A DNA stretch of 64,000 nucleotides from Antedon mediterranea (lineage: Eukaryota > Animalia > Echinodermata). The stretch covers positions 2,656,201 through 2,720,200 of the forward strand of contig NC_092670.1 of the NCBI RefSeq assembly GCF_964355755.1. The letters run 5' to 3'. Shown piece by piece: positions 47,801 through 62,744 of this stretch. The position numbers and the translations under genes were made by a program. The notes beneath the pieces were generated by a model. It was not told the origin of the DNA. It made no database searches and was given only the letters and a program-made list of their open reading frames with translations. How positions within the stretch are numbered: the stretch's first letter is position 1; each line of letters opens with the position of its first letter.

Positions 47801-49581
47801 CTGATAAGAAAGCAGCTCGTGCAGTTCAAAATAAGTCAGAGCAGTACATATTGTGCAACGGTTTACTATTCCGTTTATTTTTCCAAGATAAAGGTGGAGA
47901 ATTTGTATTGCAATTAGCTGTTCCTGAAAACTTAGCCGAGACTATTATTTCTCAGTATCACGACAATTTGTTAAGTAGCCACCAAGGTACGATGCGTACT
48001 TACCTTACTATTAGGAAATTATTTTACATGCCCCTTATGTTCGAGAAAGTCAACAATTATACCCAAGCGTGTCTTAGATGTCAACAATTTCGTCCCAAAA
48101 CCGATAAATTACGTCCTTTACACGATCGAGTACCAGCAACTTACCGTCCCTTTCATACACTCAGTCTAGATTTTAAGAGTATGCCAACTTCACCTTCAGG
48201 TTTTAAACATATTATGGTAGTATGTGATGAGCTAACTAGATTTTTGATTTGTGTACCTTTGAAATCCATTGATGCCGAAACAATTTGTGAAGCACTAATT
48301 CAAAAGGTCATCAGTATTTTTGGACCCCCATTTCGTCTTATTTCAGATGCAGCAACCTCCCTTACAGGAAAATTATTAACACTATTATGTAACACCCTTA
48401 ATATTGATAGGAAAATCATCAGCGTCCACAATCACGGTAGTTTACAAGTTGAACGTCATATCCGCACCGTATCGGACCTGTTAAAGGTCAACCTTAACCA
48501 ATTCGGAACAGATTGGGTTAGATTTGTATCAACAACATGTTATGCTTATAATTCTTTCTCATCCCCACATCTAGGAAACCACTCCCCTTACGAATTAGTT
48601 TTTGGCCGCCAACCTCCAAGTTTGACCTCATTAGCCTTTAACCCTATTTCAGGATTGTCTCATTCCTATGAAGAATACTTTGAACATCTCAAGAAGAAAT
48701 TTCAAAACATTTCACAGACAATGCTACAATTACAGCGAACACAACAAAACGTCCAAAACTCAAAGATTTCCCAACGCTTAGAAAAAAGTCCAATTTACTC
48801 AGTAGGACAACTCGTATATTTATACAAGCCAACATCATCATCACTAACGGCAAATTCAAAGAAAATCGCCGCAGAATGGGTCGGACCATTAGTAATTCAT
48901 GAAGTACTAGACAGAACACACTACATCCTAGCGACGATTAAAGGAGAAATACTTCGCGACGTATTCAATTATAACAGACTGAAACCTTGTTTTATGAGAA
49001 CACCCAAAGAACGCAAAAATTTTACACATCTACAAAAACTTAAACAATTGTTGAATGAACCCACTGATGATAATGACGAGAAAATCCAAAACACCATTAA
49101 TGTAGTAAATGACGAAACCAATGTTGAATTTGTAGACGAACATGATAGGACACCCACCCAATTGCAATCAGATACCCTTACACATCCAACTAAAGTAGAA
49201 CCCCTTAACTTGCAACCTTACATTGACTGTGTAGAGAATAACATGGGATTAGCAGCCCCATTCCAAATGAAAGAAGAACAAATAAAGGAACAAACTAATC
49301 TAATTATGACGGCACCTAATGATTCAAGTATGACATTAAACCGAGGTAGATTTAAAGCAGGACATTTCCAAGTTTTAGTTTCATATTCTAAACCGACTTC
49401 AGCTAAACATAACACTGATGAAACAAAACACGAATCTAATGATCGCAAATTTTGGTGGAATATTGACAGATATAACGATACAGATAAATTGATTAAAGAG
49501 ATCATTAATGATAAACAGATACCGATAAGTGGATCGCCAAAACGATTCATAAAACGTTTGTATAATGCAACAAGTTACTGA
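44888..49581 (+). pseudogene. pol: pol (protease, RT, RNase H, integrase), 1 nt frameshift near 46540
   Basis: LFDSGS protease; VIDLKSAF, AQGL, HHDD RT; YSDTS, ELE, DH, ADFLSR RNase H; H..H..CLRC and D,D,E (SLDF, ISDA, VER) integrase. Confidence 0.92.
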
Positions 49582-52086
49582 TTTAATTTTTTTTGCAAGA
49601 TTATTTTTAATTACGACATTTGCTAATCTAATGATAGAATAGTCTACGTATTTGATGAGATTAGTTTAATAATAATGTGATTTCAGTTAAAAGAGAATTA
49701 AAATTGATTAAGTATTGATTTTGTAACGAGTTTTTTGATAAAGATTAAATTTGAATTTTGATGATCGATATATTGAGATATTGAAAAGAACGACAAGCAT
49801 TTTGTAACAAATATTTTGTTTAACCTTTGAGTCGTTAATCTCAAGCATTAATTAATTGATATACAATAACAGGAGATTTTCTTAGTACTTTTAATTGTAA
49901 TTGTTTTTGACATTGAGTACAAAAGTCGAATTTGTCGATTGATTGAAATCGTAATTACCTGTGAATATAAATGCTTAAATCGATAAAGTTGTGACGATAA
50001 TGATATATTGTGGATAAGTTTGTGTCAACGGGACACACATTTGTTTCTTCAAAGCTTTAAGTGATTGAGTTTGATATTTGATTTTAGGCTAATCAGCCAC
50101 AGTTTTCTTGAGTTTTATGTTTTGATTTGATTGATTTATGTTTGAAGGCCATTAGAACGCGATGAGTTGTCGCACGATTTGATGTATGTTCAATGCAACA
50201 TACTATTTTGTATTTTTATTTTCAACTGATTTATGTTTGATTTACGCGAATTTTATACCAAATTCATTTTTAATTTCATTTTTTTAAGAGAGAGAAGAGA
50301 GAGAGTGAAAGTGATAAGGTTACACTTCAGAGTCAATGGTTTTGGCTAACTCAATTTTTGCTTATATGTATAATAATGTTTTTTTTCTTTTATATAACTT
50401 TAATTTTGCATGCCACTATTATAACCATTTTTATATTTTAAATAGATTAGAAAAAAAAAAGGAAACAGAGGGATGTAATATAACGATATACTTTTATATT
50501 TAAGAAATCGACCTTTGTATCGGAATTCAAATAGGTTCACAAACTTGACCCAGAAAGTCCAGAGGAGAGTTTGTCCAGATGTTTTAATGACCATTTAGTT
50601 TATAATAGAATCCCTGAAGAAAACACTTAGCTTAATTTTGTGACTGTTCCCATCGTAAAACAATTAGATATTGACAGTTTTTAGCAGAGATTCGACAGGG
50701 CCAATTCATCATTGTAACCTCCCCAGATAAAATCAATCATTCCCATTTAAACACCCCTGGATCAACTTAGGACCAATCGTTACCCTCGCAGATTACGTAG
50801 TGACATATGCAAATGAACCGAGGGCCAATATACTCCCAAGTTTCAGAAGAGCCCAGACACACCTCACAGCCACTTCTTCAGAAGAACATCTACACCTTAC
50901 AGCCACTTCTCCAGAAGCAGACCTACACACTTCACACCTCACCGACAGCATCATTGATCCTCCGTTCCTTATCTATACTTATAGTTGTATATTGTACTGA
51001 AGTATTATACTGAATAAACAATATATGTGTTACGACAGTCAAGCGAGTTAGAGTCTTTCATTAGTACCTCAACAACGCAACATTATATTACAATGGGGAG
51101 CTCGAGGAGTTACATTGTCATTACAGTATATATTACAGTACAAAGAAACACATCTGTAAAATCATCAATTTAAAGGATTTATTTATTTGTTATTATGTGT
51201 TTCTCCTTCTGAAAGTACTTATAAGTCCTAATTTTAAAGTGTGGTGTTCAGGATAAAGTTAGTCAACAAATTTGGAGTCAAAATAGAAAGGCAGGTGCGT
51301 AAGAAAAACATCCTCTGAACCAACACAATGGAGTAAATATATACCAACAAACAACCCGTCAAGTTTGTTTGTTGTAAAGAAAAAATATACATTTACTCAA
51401 CGGGCGAAAATAATGTGAGTTTATCTATGTTTTGCGGTAGTATTAAATTATATTTATGGTAATAAATGAAACCTACTGTGTTTAAAATTATGTATGGATA
51501 AACAAGTATTGATTTTAAGCTGTAGTATATCTTAGTATTTGTAATCTTAGGTGTTGGGTCTTAGCTTTCGTGATCTTAGGTCTTAGGGGGTCTGAGCTTT
51601 CGTGGTCTGAGGTTTCGTGACACCCCAAAAAACAACAACCAATTCAAATTCAAGAGACCAATGGCTAGAGAAAGGCTGAGTTGAGTGAGGAGGCCTATAG
51701 ACCGTAGCCTTCGTTTTTTTCACAGCTTACCTGCTGGCAACCCTCCCTGACACAGATTTTGCTGATATAAAAGGTATTGTAGCTACAGTAGTATCTATAT
51801 ATACCTGTCCTTTTATCATTCTGTATTTAGCTACTAACTAGCTAGGCCTAATAATAGGAGGAAGTTGAGTTCAGTAGATAGAGACCAGGGCTAGGCTACA
51901 GATAGTGAGTGGTTTGGGATTCAGTAGTACCTATAAATAATCTAGAAACCACATTGTATCACTGATCAAAGACAAGGGCTAACTAAACTACGGTATATAT
52001 AAAAACACTTTTAAATAAAAGCAGTTTTCACTCTGGCATCATTTATTTTATTATAAGACTATGGGATGGTGGAGGCCTTTTTTATG

Positions 52087-53667
52087 CGCCGTGGTTAGGA
52101 TTCCGGCACCGGAACTCAACTGCCCAGCGTTGGGGAATCCGGCACGCGATTGCGCATGCTCAGAGTGAGGTAATCGGCGGACTCTGTACTCGATCCATCT
52201 ACAGACTATAAACAGCGATGGATTATAGCTGCGCCACGGCGAACTAGCCTAGATGCCTACCAGCTAAATGTGACCAGGGGCCTATTTATTTCGTAATTAA
52301 AAAAATGGTTGCTTCCTGACTAGTTTTATGATTTTTCAAGTACAAAATAAAAGATTTCATATAACGCATTATACTGTAATAACATGCGTATACAAGTTGA
52401 TTTGTTGACGGCAGCCGTCGCCCAGATATGATGTGAAAAAAACAGAACCGTTCGGGAAGTCGGGGTCGCTACGCTATTCACTCTGTCCAAAGAATATATA
52501 TCACAAGAATGAGTAATCCGCGATTTTCCCTGTAACAGTAATATTGTCCATGTGGTAGGGCGCCGCCATAAGTGTGGATGTATCTGGGATGTATACAACT
52601 TTTTGTGACGGTTTCAATAATCAAAGGCTAGACCACCGGTAGTATTTTCATGATAAAAAATGTTATCAACTACATGCCAACATCATGTTAAATACTATTT
52701 GGATATTTAATTGTTCGTTTTATGCAATTTATTTAGTAAAAACTGCCGTATAAACAGTTTGCTTTATCAACCGGGCGCTACGATAGCGTGACCGGGCGTG
52801 TTGGTGTTTACGCGTTTTCACGAAGGATTGTTTAATAATATTCCTATATTTAACTTGTTTCTGGTAAAACAAATAAATGTTAATGATATTTAACATTTTG
52901 TCCTATTAATAACATGTATTTTATACTAATTTATATCATAAAAACAATACTTAATTTACCGGGCGTAGAGTAGTACACGGCAATGGTAAAGAATAGGCCG
53001 TGCTGAGTAATATTCGTTGATTTTTGATGTTGCTGTGTTAGGCCTTTTTTGTGAACTAACTTAGCATGTTAGTAAATAATTGTCTGTAAAAGTGAATAAA
53101 CACTAGTTTGTTAATAAATATGTATTATAAAATAGTTTACAATTGCAAAAACTATCATAATTCTATTTAATGCGACATGTATCATGTCTATTAAATCAAG
53201 TCTTATTTAGTATGTATACATCCGCCCTTATGAGGGCGGGCATCACTCACTGGAGCTCTCTGTTACAAATTTCTCATGCAAAAATCGTGGAATACTCATT
53301 CTTGTGATATATATTCTTTGCTCTGTCTAATAAAATTACAGCATTACGATTCTTAGATAGATAGGCTGATTCTTACCAATATCATAATAATTATTTTAAC
53401 GCGTGGCGTAGTGGTATTTTAATTATTAATTCATATGGCCTAGGCTAGGCCAAGTTTCATCCATCGCTCTCTCGCTCGCGCAACGACTAACTATTATAGG
53501 CAATAGGCTACAGTAAATCCCTAACACTCTCGGTGCAGTGTGGTGTGGTGTGGTGGTGCGCGGTAAGTGCAAAGCTATAATTACTTCGCTCTGGGCATGC
53601 GCAATAGCGTGTCGGATTCCCTAACGCTGGGCAGTTGAGTTCCGGTGCCGGAATCCTAACCACGGCG
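52087..53667. mobile_element. Mutator-like MITE
   Basis: ~87 bp TIRs CGCCGTGGTTAGGATTCCGGCACCGGAACTCAACTGCCCAGCGTT; 9 bp duplication TTTTTTATG (52078-52086, 53668-53676). Confidence 0.9.
52488..53320. mobile_element. P-element-like MITE nested in the Mutator-like MITE
   Basis: TIRs CAAAGAATATATATCACAAGAATGAGTA; 7 bp duplication CTCTGTC (52481-52487, 53321-53327). Confidence 0.85.
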
Positions 53668-55412
53668 TTTTTTATGCCATGGCAGATTATTTCCTAATTC
53701 CAACATTTGAAATGAATACAAACAACAGCACAACAAGTATTTATTTTTAAAAGGGTAAATATTAAATAAATTAATAGTCCTCCTACAGACTAGAGAATAG
53801 TGCATAATTCAGTCTTATCTGCTATCTGACTGTACATAAAGGAACAGGTCTCCTTTGCAAATAATTGTCTTGATTTTTGTTATCTTTCAGACTGATTCTC
53901 GGAGAAGAATAATGCCAAAGTAGAAGCAAGTTGCAAATAAAAAATAAATAAAAGTTTGAATAGATGTACTTCTAAACAATTAATTAAACACGGTAGGGTA
54001 TGTGGGACATAAGATCTTAGCAAGGTAACATCCTTACCCCATTATATGATAAATGAAGCATCTTATTAATAATTATATCAAAACAATTAAAGTAAAAAGG
54101 GGTTGTACTTTTTGTACGAATATTGTGTTGAATTGCCTTTTATTTTAGGTTCTAGTTTAACATCATAACATACTGTACAGTAGTCTGATGAGAGTTTTTA
54201 CTTGTTTTGTTGCAATCCTGAATTCCTATTACAATACTGTAGCATAATGCTATGTAGCATTTCCCTGCTAACATGTAATTTGCTCACTAGTTTGCATAGT
54301 ATTAGTGTTAGCATTCACCCACTAGCATCCGAATGCTAGTGTAGCATTCACCGACTACCATTCGAATGCTAGTGTAGCATTCACCCACTACCATTCGAAT
54401 GCTAGTGTAGCATTCACCCACTAGCATTTGAATGCTAGTGTAGCATTCACCCACTAGCATTTGAATGCTAGTGTAGCATTCACCCACTAGCATTCGAATG
54501 CTAGTGTAGCATTCACCCACTAGCATTCGAATGCTTAAGCTCATTTAAATAATTCGGCTCCCTGGAAGGCTTAGCGAATGCTAAGAAGCATTCGAAGGCT
54601 AAATTCAGTTATTGAATGCTTATATACCACTAGTATTCGAATGCTAAGTATTAGCCCTTCGAATGCCAATAATAGCATTCCAGGAGTAGCATTTGAATGC
54701 TTTGTGAATGGTAAGCGAAGGCATTCAGCTTTGGTAAGGACACATGTCATTGTATCGCGTCACATTTTATACAGAATTAATTTCATTGCGATGACTTAGT
54801 GAAGAATTACTTCCGAATCCGAATCTTTAGTCGCACATATTATCAACGCAAATTTGGGCCGCGGGCTGTATGCAGTGTTTGTTTAGATGTATGGAGACGA
54901 AACGTTATTAAACAATGTTCAATCTCCTATGAAAAGAAGTAGAAGTGCATTCGTAGTGATACCATCCCAATTGCCTTCAACTCTTCTACACAGAAAAGTC
55001 TGAGCTACTGTAGCATCTCAGTTCGCGCGCATTTTTTCTCATGTCTTTATCATTTCAATATCATTTCACATTTTCAGAGGAAAGGACAAAAACCTAAATG
55101 AAGGCACTTTGAGCCTCATCTCCAAAATCGTTCTCGTCCACCTTATCATTTTCGGCACTAACCTTTGAATATACAAACAGATATTACCAGGCTCTCTGAA
55201 TACAATGGTGTTTGCTTTCTGATTGATAATACTGTATTCTCTTTTATTTTGTGTGTTTATTTATACGTCACCTTTGACTGAGTGTCGGTACAAGCAAGTA
55301 TAATGAACTACTGAACTAAACGTGAAGCGTAAATAACATTAAATACATTTTAACCACCTCCAACATAATATTTCTGTAACATGTTTATATGTTTCGACCA
55401 CTTGCGAAGTAA

Positions 55413-56000
55413 TTTTTAGTCGCGTGGAAGCGACACTATAGTTCACTATGTCGGTCGGTTGGTCGGTCTGTCTGTCGGTCCGTTATCACTATGCGTTTTA
55501 TCGCTTTCTGACCTTATCTTGATATCAGTTTAATCTAGCTAGGTCAATTTTTCACAGTATATTCCTTATGGCCAGGAATCAATGTGGTTATGTTTTCACG
55601 GTGCGCAAAAAAAAAGTAACGCATGCGTACGCGCGCTTAAAATTTTCAAAATTTATTTTCGATGAAATAAGAGTACGTTTCAGGCAATTTTAAGCGTTTA
55701 CAAAATTGCCATGAGTGCGCATATAAATGTTTTTGCGCACTCTTTTTGCCCGATTTCTGTTTTCTTGACTTACTTTTCAACTCGAAATTACGTTATACGA
55801 GCATGTCAAAAGTGACAGGCTACGCACGTGTAAATTAAAAAAATATAAATGTTTTTAAACATTTCAACATTTTTAAACATGTTCAGTAATTTCGGTCAGT
55901 ATAGTTCACTATGTCGGTCGGTCGGTCTGTCTGTCAGTCTGTCTGTCCGGTATCACTATGCATTGTAGCACGCGACTTAATGGCTGTTGGCCTTGTTTTT
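55413..56000 (+). mobile_element. Helentron-associated (HINE-like) element
   Basis: TTTTTAGTCGCGTG ... CACGCGACT subterminal repeats, GTCG/GTCT microsatellite, GGCCTTGTTTTT end; related pieces at ~58530-59045 and ~28505-28607. Confidence 0.7.
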
Positions 56001-59000
56001 AAATAATACTTTTCAAAACATCAAAACAATACTGAACTCGCTGTCAACACACTGCGAAATGTTCGCCAACTTATATTTATCACTTAATTGCCAGAATGTA
56101 TGCTTCATTTTCACCTAAAAATGTAGAAACTATAGAGGGCAGTGTTATAAAATCCGATTACACATAGGCCTATTTAGTTTTGAAAGGCAAGAAATGTTTT
56201 CAGCTGGCGAAATAGAGGTTAAATTAATATCTCATTATTAGTATTATTATTCATATTATTAATAGGTCCTATCAATGTTTTATGTACGGACTTGTATCGT
56301 CGCCGTTTTGATATGTTCAGCTGGTTCTTTATAAAAACCACCACTCTTTGCAGTTTAGAAATAAAAACATAAAATAAAACATGCATTGATTTCTGGCAAT
56401 TTTCCGATTCTAAAATGGCCACAGTTCGATCGAAGTATTCGCGGAAAAAGAGCTGTTCTGAAAGGCATTTTTTATTGTGATAAAGGTAATATAACGGTGG
56501 CTAAATCATGGGAACATGTTAAATAATGGCCCAAAATTGTATGATGTGGGTGTGAGAAAACAATTAAGCAAGAAATCAGTGTGGTGCGAAACAGCAGTAG
56601 CGCCTGCTATTCTTATGATAGTCCTACACAAATCATGTGATTTGAATTAAAACAAAATAGACTTCCTTTATAGGCCTACATTTTTATCAAATAGTGGAAC
56701 TAGTTACATCACATCATCAAAAACAGTGTAACATAAAATAAAACTTATACTACGTTTTAGTAACTAACCTTAATTTCTTTGTGGTATTACAGAGAAAATT
56801 AGTACCTGTTTCCTCCTAAAATTAGTACCTGTTTCCTCCTAATGGACGGATCAGTCATATACATTAAGGCGATATAAGCTGTGGCTGCAGACAATGCATA
56901 TTAATGTTATTCAATTTTATGATGCCTAAAATCACTCAGCCATGACCTTAGTTATAATAACAATGCAACTGCTGTTTATACAATCTGTATTGAACCCTGC
57001 AAATATGAAATGCCAGAGAAGTATAAATTTATAATAAATTCACTGCTGAATTAAAAACTAAATTTAATCGAAAGACAGCAGCAGTTTTGTGTTTAAATGT
57101 TTTTTTAGTTTATACTATATTATCTGCCTATCATGTCTAAATTAGAAAGAATAAGTTATGGCATCCATGAATGACGTTCTTTCTAATGCAAACTTTGATA
57201 ACTGTACAAATAACGGAGTCAATGGTTACAAGCATTTGATATTAATTGTATTGTTAATAATAGAACAATCCAAGCGATGTTATATCATGGACCTGGTTAT
57301 ATGAACAAAATAACAAGTATGAAACGCCAAAGAATATTACAGAATTGATTACAAACACACCGTTAAACCATGGACCAAAATTATAGGTCCATGGTTTAAC
57401 TGTGTACTAAACATCAAGTATGTTTGTTAGGAGGAGTAATAAAAACATGGTTCTCTAAAAAGCTTGCTATCATTTGTTCATTTATGATTTAGTTCTTATA
57501 AACCTTGGTATGATCAGTATGTCTTATTAATCAGCCCACTCTCGTTTAACAAAGTTAAATCATTTTTCTACCAATCCATACACAATTTTCCCAAACTAGC
57601 TGGATTATTAAAAGCTGAATGATATTATTAGTTTTTTTTAGTAGAAGTTTGGGCTATAATAAAAAAAATTAAATTGTGACACTCAGAATTGTTGTTTTGA
57701 AAATAGCACTAATTGTTTTTTCATTTATTCTTCCTCACATCTCAGATCAATGCAATAAAAATGTACTGATTTTGTTTTTTAATTTTTAAGTGGTACTTAA
57801 TTAGGTTTGACTAATCAATCAGAGATTTTTTTTTTCAAACAATGTCCATGTTTTCAATGTGTGCATTTTTTGGCGTTGAAGTGTTTTTTTTAAAACTCTA
57901 TACAGCTTATTTGTGTAAAATGTAAGACAAGTGCCTTTGTTTGTTACGTCAATGACTATAGTTTTCCTAATTATTAGTACTATAGAACTAGCACCAATCA
58001 AAATTCCTTGCACATGCAAATTTCTTGTACCATGGAGGAAATATATATATATTTCTTCCATGCTTGTACCATGGACCTATAAATTATAGGTCCATGCTTG
58101 TACTCAGCTTTTTCCTTTTGTTGTACCATATATTTGTGTAATACTGTTTGATTACAGTATACTGAATTGGTATTGTGGTACAGGAGACATGCATAGTTGG
58201 TGATATTGTGTTCTTTCAACTATTCAACAAAAGTTTGTAAAATCGTACGATGCTTAAAATCCATTATGGTTATAGTGGAATTTCCTTTCTTCCTTTCAAC
58301 TCAACTATGAAAACAAATAACTTGTATGAAACGCCACAGAACTGTACTGTAGAACTATCCTAAAAATATTGTTTTTGTGTGGAATTAAAACTCAGTTTTA
58401 TATCAGTCAAAGAGATCTGTTTTTTTAATAAAGTTATATTTAGGTTATATGCATTATCATGCATATAACCCCTTGATTCTGTCAAAATCTTTATTTATTT
58501 ATTTATTTATTCTTTCCTTAGCACTATTTTGTCCGTGCATTATATTGATATCAGTTTCATCTATCTAAGTCAATTTTTCAGAGTATATTCCTTATGGCCA
58601 GGAATCGATGTGGTTATGTTTTCAGGTTGCGCAATCAAACATTACGCGGTCTAGACGCGCGATTTAACGAAATCACGTTTGTAATCATGTCTTCACAAGC
58701 ATGAATCACTTTTAAACAAAATTTGGTACTCATAAATTTCAGGTCATATTTCATCATATGGCAATACAATTACGTGCGTAGCGCATATAACGCATGCGTA
58801 CGCGCGCTTAAAATGTTGAAAATTGTCACAATTTATTTTCGATGAAAATAGAGTACGTTTCAGACAATTTTAAGCGTTTAAAAAATTGCCATGAGTGCGC
58901 AGATTTTTGCACGCGCACTGCGCGTCAAACGTTAATGTGCACTGTTTTTGTCCGATTACTGTTGTATAACCTTTCTTTAATAATATCATCATATTTTATT

Positions 59001-59805
59001 CACTTTTCAACGCGAAACAGCGTTATACGAGCACGTCAAAAGTGACAATCAAACAAATTATAACATTTTCTTAGGCCGAAATAACAAACTTAACATTAAC
59101 TTTCTTCCTTAGGAAGTTCATATATTAAAGTTAAAAGTATATAGTTTGACAGTGCATCATTTTTTTAAATTTTTAAAGATGTCATCATAGTTAAACATTA
59201 TAATTCATTGCGGTATGTAATAATCTATCTGCACCAAAGTGGTTACTGCATAGTAAATACACGGAGGAATTTTTCCATAACTTTTAGTCAGTTGTGTATG
59301 GCTCGGTGGTCTTTGCTCGTGTCTATAGCATTGAAGTACCGAGTTCGAGTCTCACCTTGGGAAACCAAACGAAATAAGATTTTTTTTATTATCCGTATTG
59401 TTTGTTCAATTGTATTTCTTAGTGTTAGATTATACACATGATTTATAATGAAATCTAAATAAAAACACAAATGTGGTTTATGACATTATATACGCAGAAA
59501 GATCTTTGATCAGATTATGATACCGGCTATTGTATTTGCGTTAGCAAGATCCTATCATATATTATAAATAACTAACGATTCTGAGAAAATCAATCAATCA
59601 ATATATCTTAAATCAATCAATTATCTTTATTTAAATCAATGCATATAACCTATAATTCGTCATAGTGACGAATTAAATCTAGTTGTATAATTATTTTGAA
59701 TAGAAACCTTTTATTTTCAGTAAATTTATTCTCTATTTTTTCATTGATAGAAAAAAAGCAATTGAGTTTTGGTACTGTAGAATTGAAAGTAGAATGTAAT
59801 AGATA

Positions 59806-60930
59806 ATCCATTTGTATGTGAGATGCAATAGTGACATTATAGATTGACATGATAACCCATTTGTATGTGAGATGCAATAGTGACATTATAGATTGACATG
59901 GTATCCCATTTGTATGTGAGATACAATAGTGACATTATAGATTGACATGATAACCCATTTGTATGTGAGATGCAATAGTGACATTAGAGATTGACATGAT
60001 AACCCATTTGTATGTGAGATGCAATAGTGACATTATAGATTGACATGATAACCCATTTGTATGTGAGATGCAATAGTGACATTATAGATTGACATGATAA
60101 CCCATTTGTATGTGAGATGCAATAGTGACATTATAGATTGACATGGTATCCCATTTGTATGTGAGATGCAGAGTGACATTATAGATTGACATGATAACCC
60201 ATTTGTATGTGAGATGCAATAGTGACATTAGAGATTGACATGAACCCATTTGTATGTGAGATGCAATAGTGACATTATAGATTGACATGATAACCCATTT
60301 GTATGTGAGATGCAATAGTGACATTATAGATTGACATGGTATCCCATTTGTATGTGAGATACAATAGTGACATTAGAGATTGACATGATCACCCATTTGT
60401 ATGTGAGATACAATAGTGACATTATAGATTGACATGATAACCCATTTGTATGTGAGATGCAATAGTGAAATTATAGATTGGCATGATAACCCATTTGTAT
60501 GTGAGATGCAATAGTGACATTATAGATTGACATGATAACCCATTTGTATGTGAGATACAATAGTGACATTATAGATTGACATGATAACCCATTTGTATGT
60601 GAGATGCAATAGTGACATTAGAGATTGACATGATAACCCATTTGTATGTGAGATGCAATAGTGACATTATAGATTGACATGATAACCCATTTGTATGTGA
60701 GATGCAGAGTGATATTAGAGATTGACATGATAACCCATTTGTATGTGAGATGCAATAGTTACATTATAGATTGACATGATAACCCATTTGTATGTGAGAT
60801 GCAATAGTGACATTATAGATTGACATGATAACCCATTTGTATGTGAGATGCAGAGTGATATGAAAGATTGACATGATAACCCATTTGTATGTGAGATGCA
60901 GAGTGACATTATAGATTTACATGGTATCCT
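59806..60930. repeat. 49 bp tandem satellite, about 23 copies
   Basis: Unit ATAGATTGACATGATAACCCATTTGTATGTGAGATGCAATAGTGACATT with minor variants. Confidence 0.97.
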
Positions 60931-62744
60931 ACAATTCAAGGATCTACATAAAAGAGTTTAATATATAAAAGAGATTTTATAAAATAGGCTAATTTAATTT
61001 CTTAAATTAATTACTTAATTATTAACTATTTTAAATGATATAACGTTCATTGTTCAAATCATTATTCAAATCATTGTTTAAATCAATTTTGTGGGTTTTT
61101 ATGTTTACTTTATGGTTTGTAATATTGTGTTTCTTCATAAGAGATGTATGCGACATTATTACACAGAGAAGAAATAAAGGCAGGAAATAATTGAGCATAA
61201 TAAACCACAACTAGCTGATTTTGGGGGTGGGGTTCTCGAGCCCTCTAATAGTAAAAAAAAAATTTAGTAATTATACACAGGGGTAAAGTATAGTGGGAGG
61301 AATTGAGGTCAGCCTTACAAAATTAAAAATGATTATTGTAATGAAAATTCTTTTAAACGGCATATCAATCTGTGTTCAGTCAGCCGGCCCCAACCATGAT
61401 TGGGGCTGAGGTGGTTGGAGATGTAGGTGTTAAAAAAACATTGTACACAAAACGTTCCGTCAGAGTGCCATAATTCCGGGCATGTAGATGTTAATATATC
61501 TACAAATTTACACAATTTTTAGCACTGATAGACCAGGGTGTGATTCTGCCTATTTTTTGGATGTTAATTCGGTCAATGTCTCGATGTCTAACATCAAATT
61601 TGTCTGTATGCATACTGCACTTCTGTGTGCACAATTATCATAGTATTTGCAATGGTTTAAGAGTGTACATGTAACAGTTTATCAGGAGATAAATGTATCA
61701 ATGATAAATTCAAATATTTACAACAAATGCTATAGAATACACCTTCTGCCATCGTCAAGTATTTACATAAAGTTATTTTCAACAGCGCCACCAATGATTT
61801 GTAATATATAGTAACTTTGTGTTGTATCTTCTTGTTGTGTTCCCTTTCAATGTTTGTTTATTGTATTTTACATCCTTCTATGCATTGATAAATAAATGTC
61901 ATAAATCGTATAAATAGACATAAAAGTTGATGAGCAAACCAAGACTTTAATCATATCTGTTTAATTATTAAATATATTGAGGTAATGACAAGTAAAAAAG
62001 AAGTGTGTGAATACACATTATTTCAACCAATCATTGTCAATATTGTCATAGTTATCAGATGTGATTATGTGTGGCTTTTCATAATGATAACAGGCCTCAA
62101 TTTTTGCATAATACATCTTGTAAATGGTGGATACCTATAACATTTACAAATTGCAAATTAATTTATATTTCAACTTTTGTACACTTTTTTTTACACATTG
62201 TTTTATAACTGTAAAACTATCAATTAATTTTTTAGCTTCCATTGTTGCATACAATTTACGGTATTTTTTAGTTATATAATGATATGTCATACAAAACCGT
62301 GATGAAACATAAGCAAAATGTATTCATTTTTTCACTTTTATTTACAAAAATATAACTTTGTTATCCTTATTTATTTATAGCAATCAAATTTAAAAATATA
62401 CAAAAAAAAAACAGGAAATAAACAAAAAAGTAAATAACAAAAATAAGACTACTTCAGATAATAGGAGGAAAGTAACCTGGGTTACGTAATAAACAAAATC
62501 AAATATGTAAAATACATATATATATATATATATATTTATATATTGTAACATGCAGTTGAGTGTACTTTGGTTCAAAACTATATGACCCAATCATGTGACC
62601 CAAGACAAACATATACTGACAAGATGGGAAAATCTAAAATCTTGATGCATAAATATACAATATAAATGTGCATGCTCTTCAAAACTGTAGATACAAAAAA
62701 AATCTGCAGGAAAAAAAAAATGAGTGTAGGATATAGTAAACAAA

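Larger units (their letters stand above)
42576..51092 (+). mobile_element. Full-length Ty3/Gypsy LTR retrotransposon (inactivated)
   Basis: 619 bp TG...CA LTRs at 42576-43194 and 50474-51092 with about 4 differences seen; ATGG target duplication; TGG-starting PBS at 43195; polypurine tract ~50449-50473; PR-RT-RH-IN order. Confidence 0.97.
39355..51625. mobile_element. Mutator-like non-autonomous element (nest level 2)
   Basis: TIRs GGGTGTCACGAAASCTCAGACCACGAAAGCTCAGACCCCCTAAG; 10 bp duplication CAAAAAACAA at 39345-39354 and 51626-51635. Confidence 0.85.
38938..54740. mobile_element. Outer non-autonomous TIR element (EnSpm/CACTA-like) carrying nested insertions
   Basis: Imperfect TIRs CCTTACCAAAGCWGAATGC; GAATGCTA-rich subterminal arrays at ~39000-39290 and ~54308-54720 (33 bp units at 54308-54535); no clear TSD. 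Confidence 0.65.

Noticed and set aside
49582-50473. Possible env gene in the Gypsy element
   Set aside because: No ORF of useful length in this interval.
54770-58300. Possible first exon/promoter with ETS- and NF-kB-like motifs (e.g. GGAATTTCC near 58277)
   Set aside because: Short motifs expected by chance; no transcript evidence to place the start.
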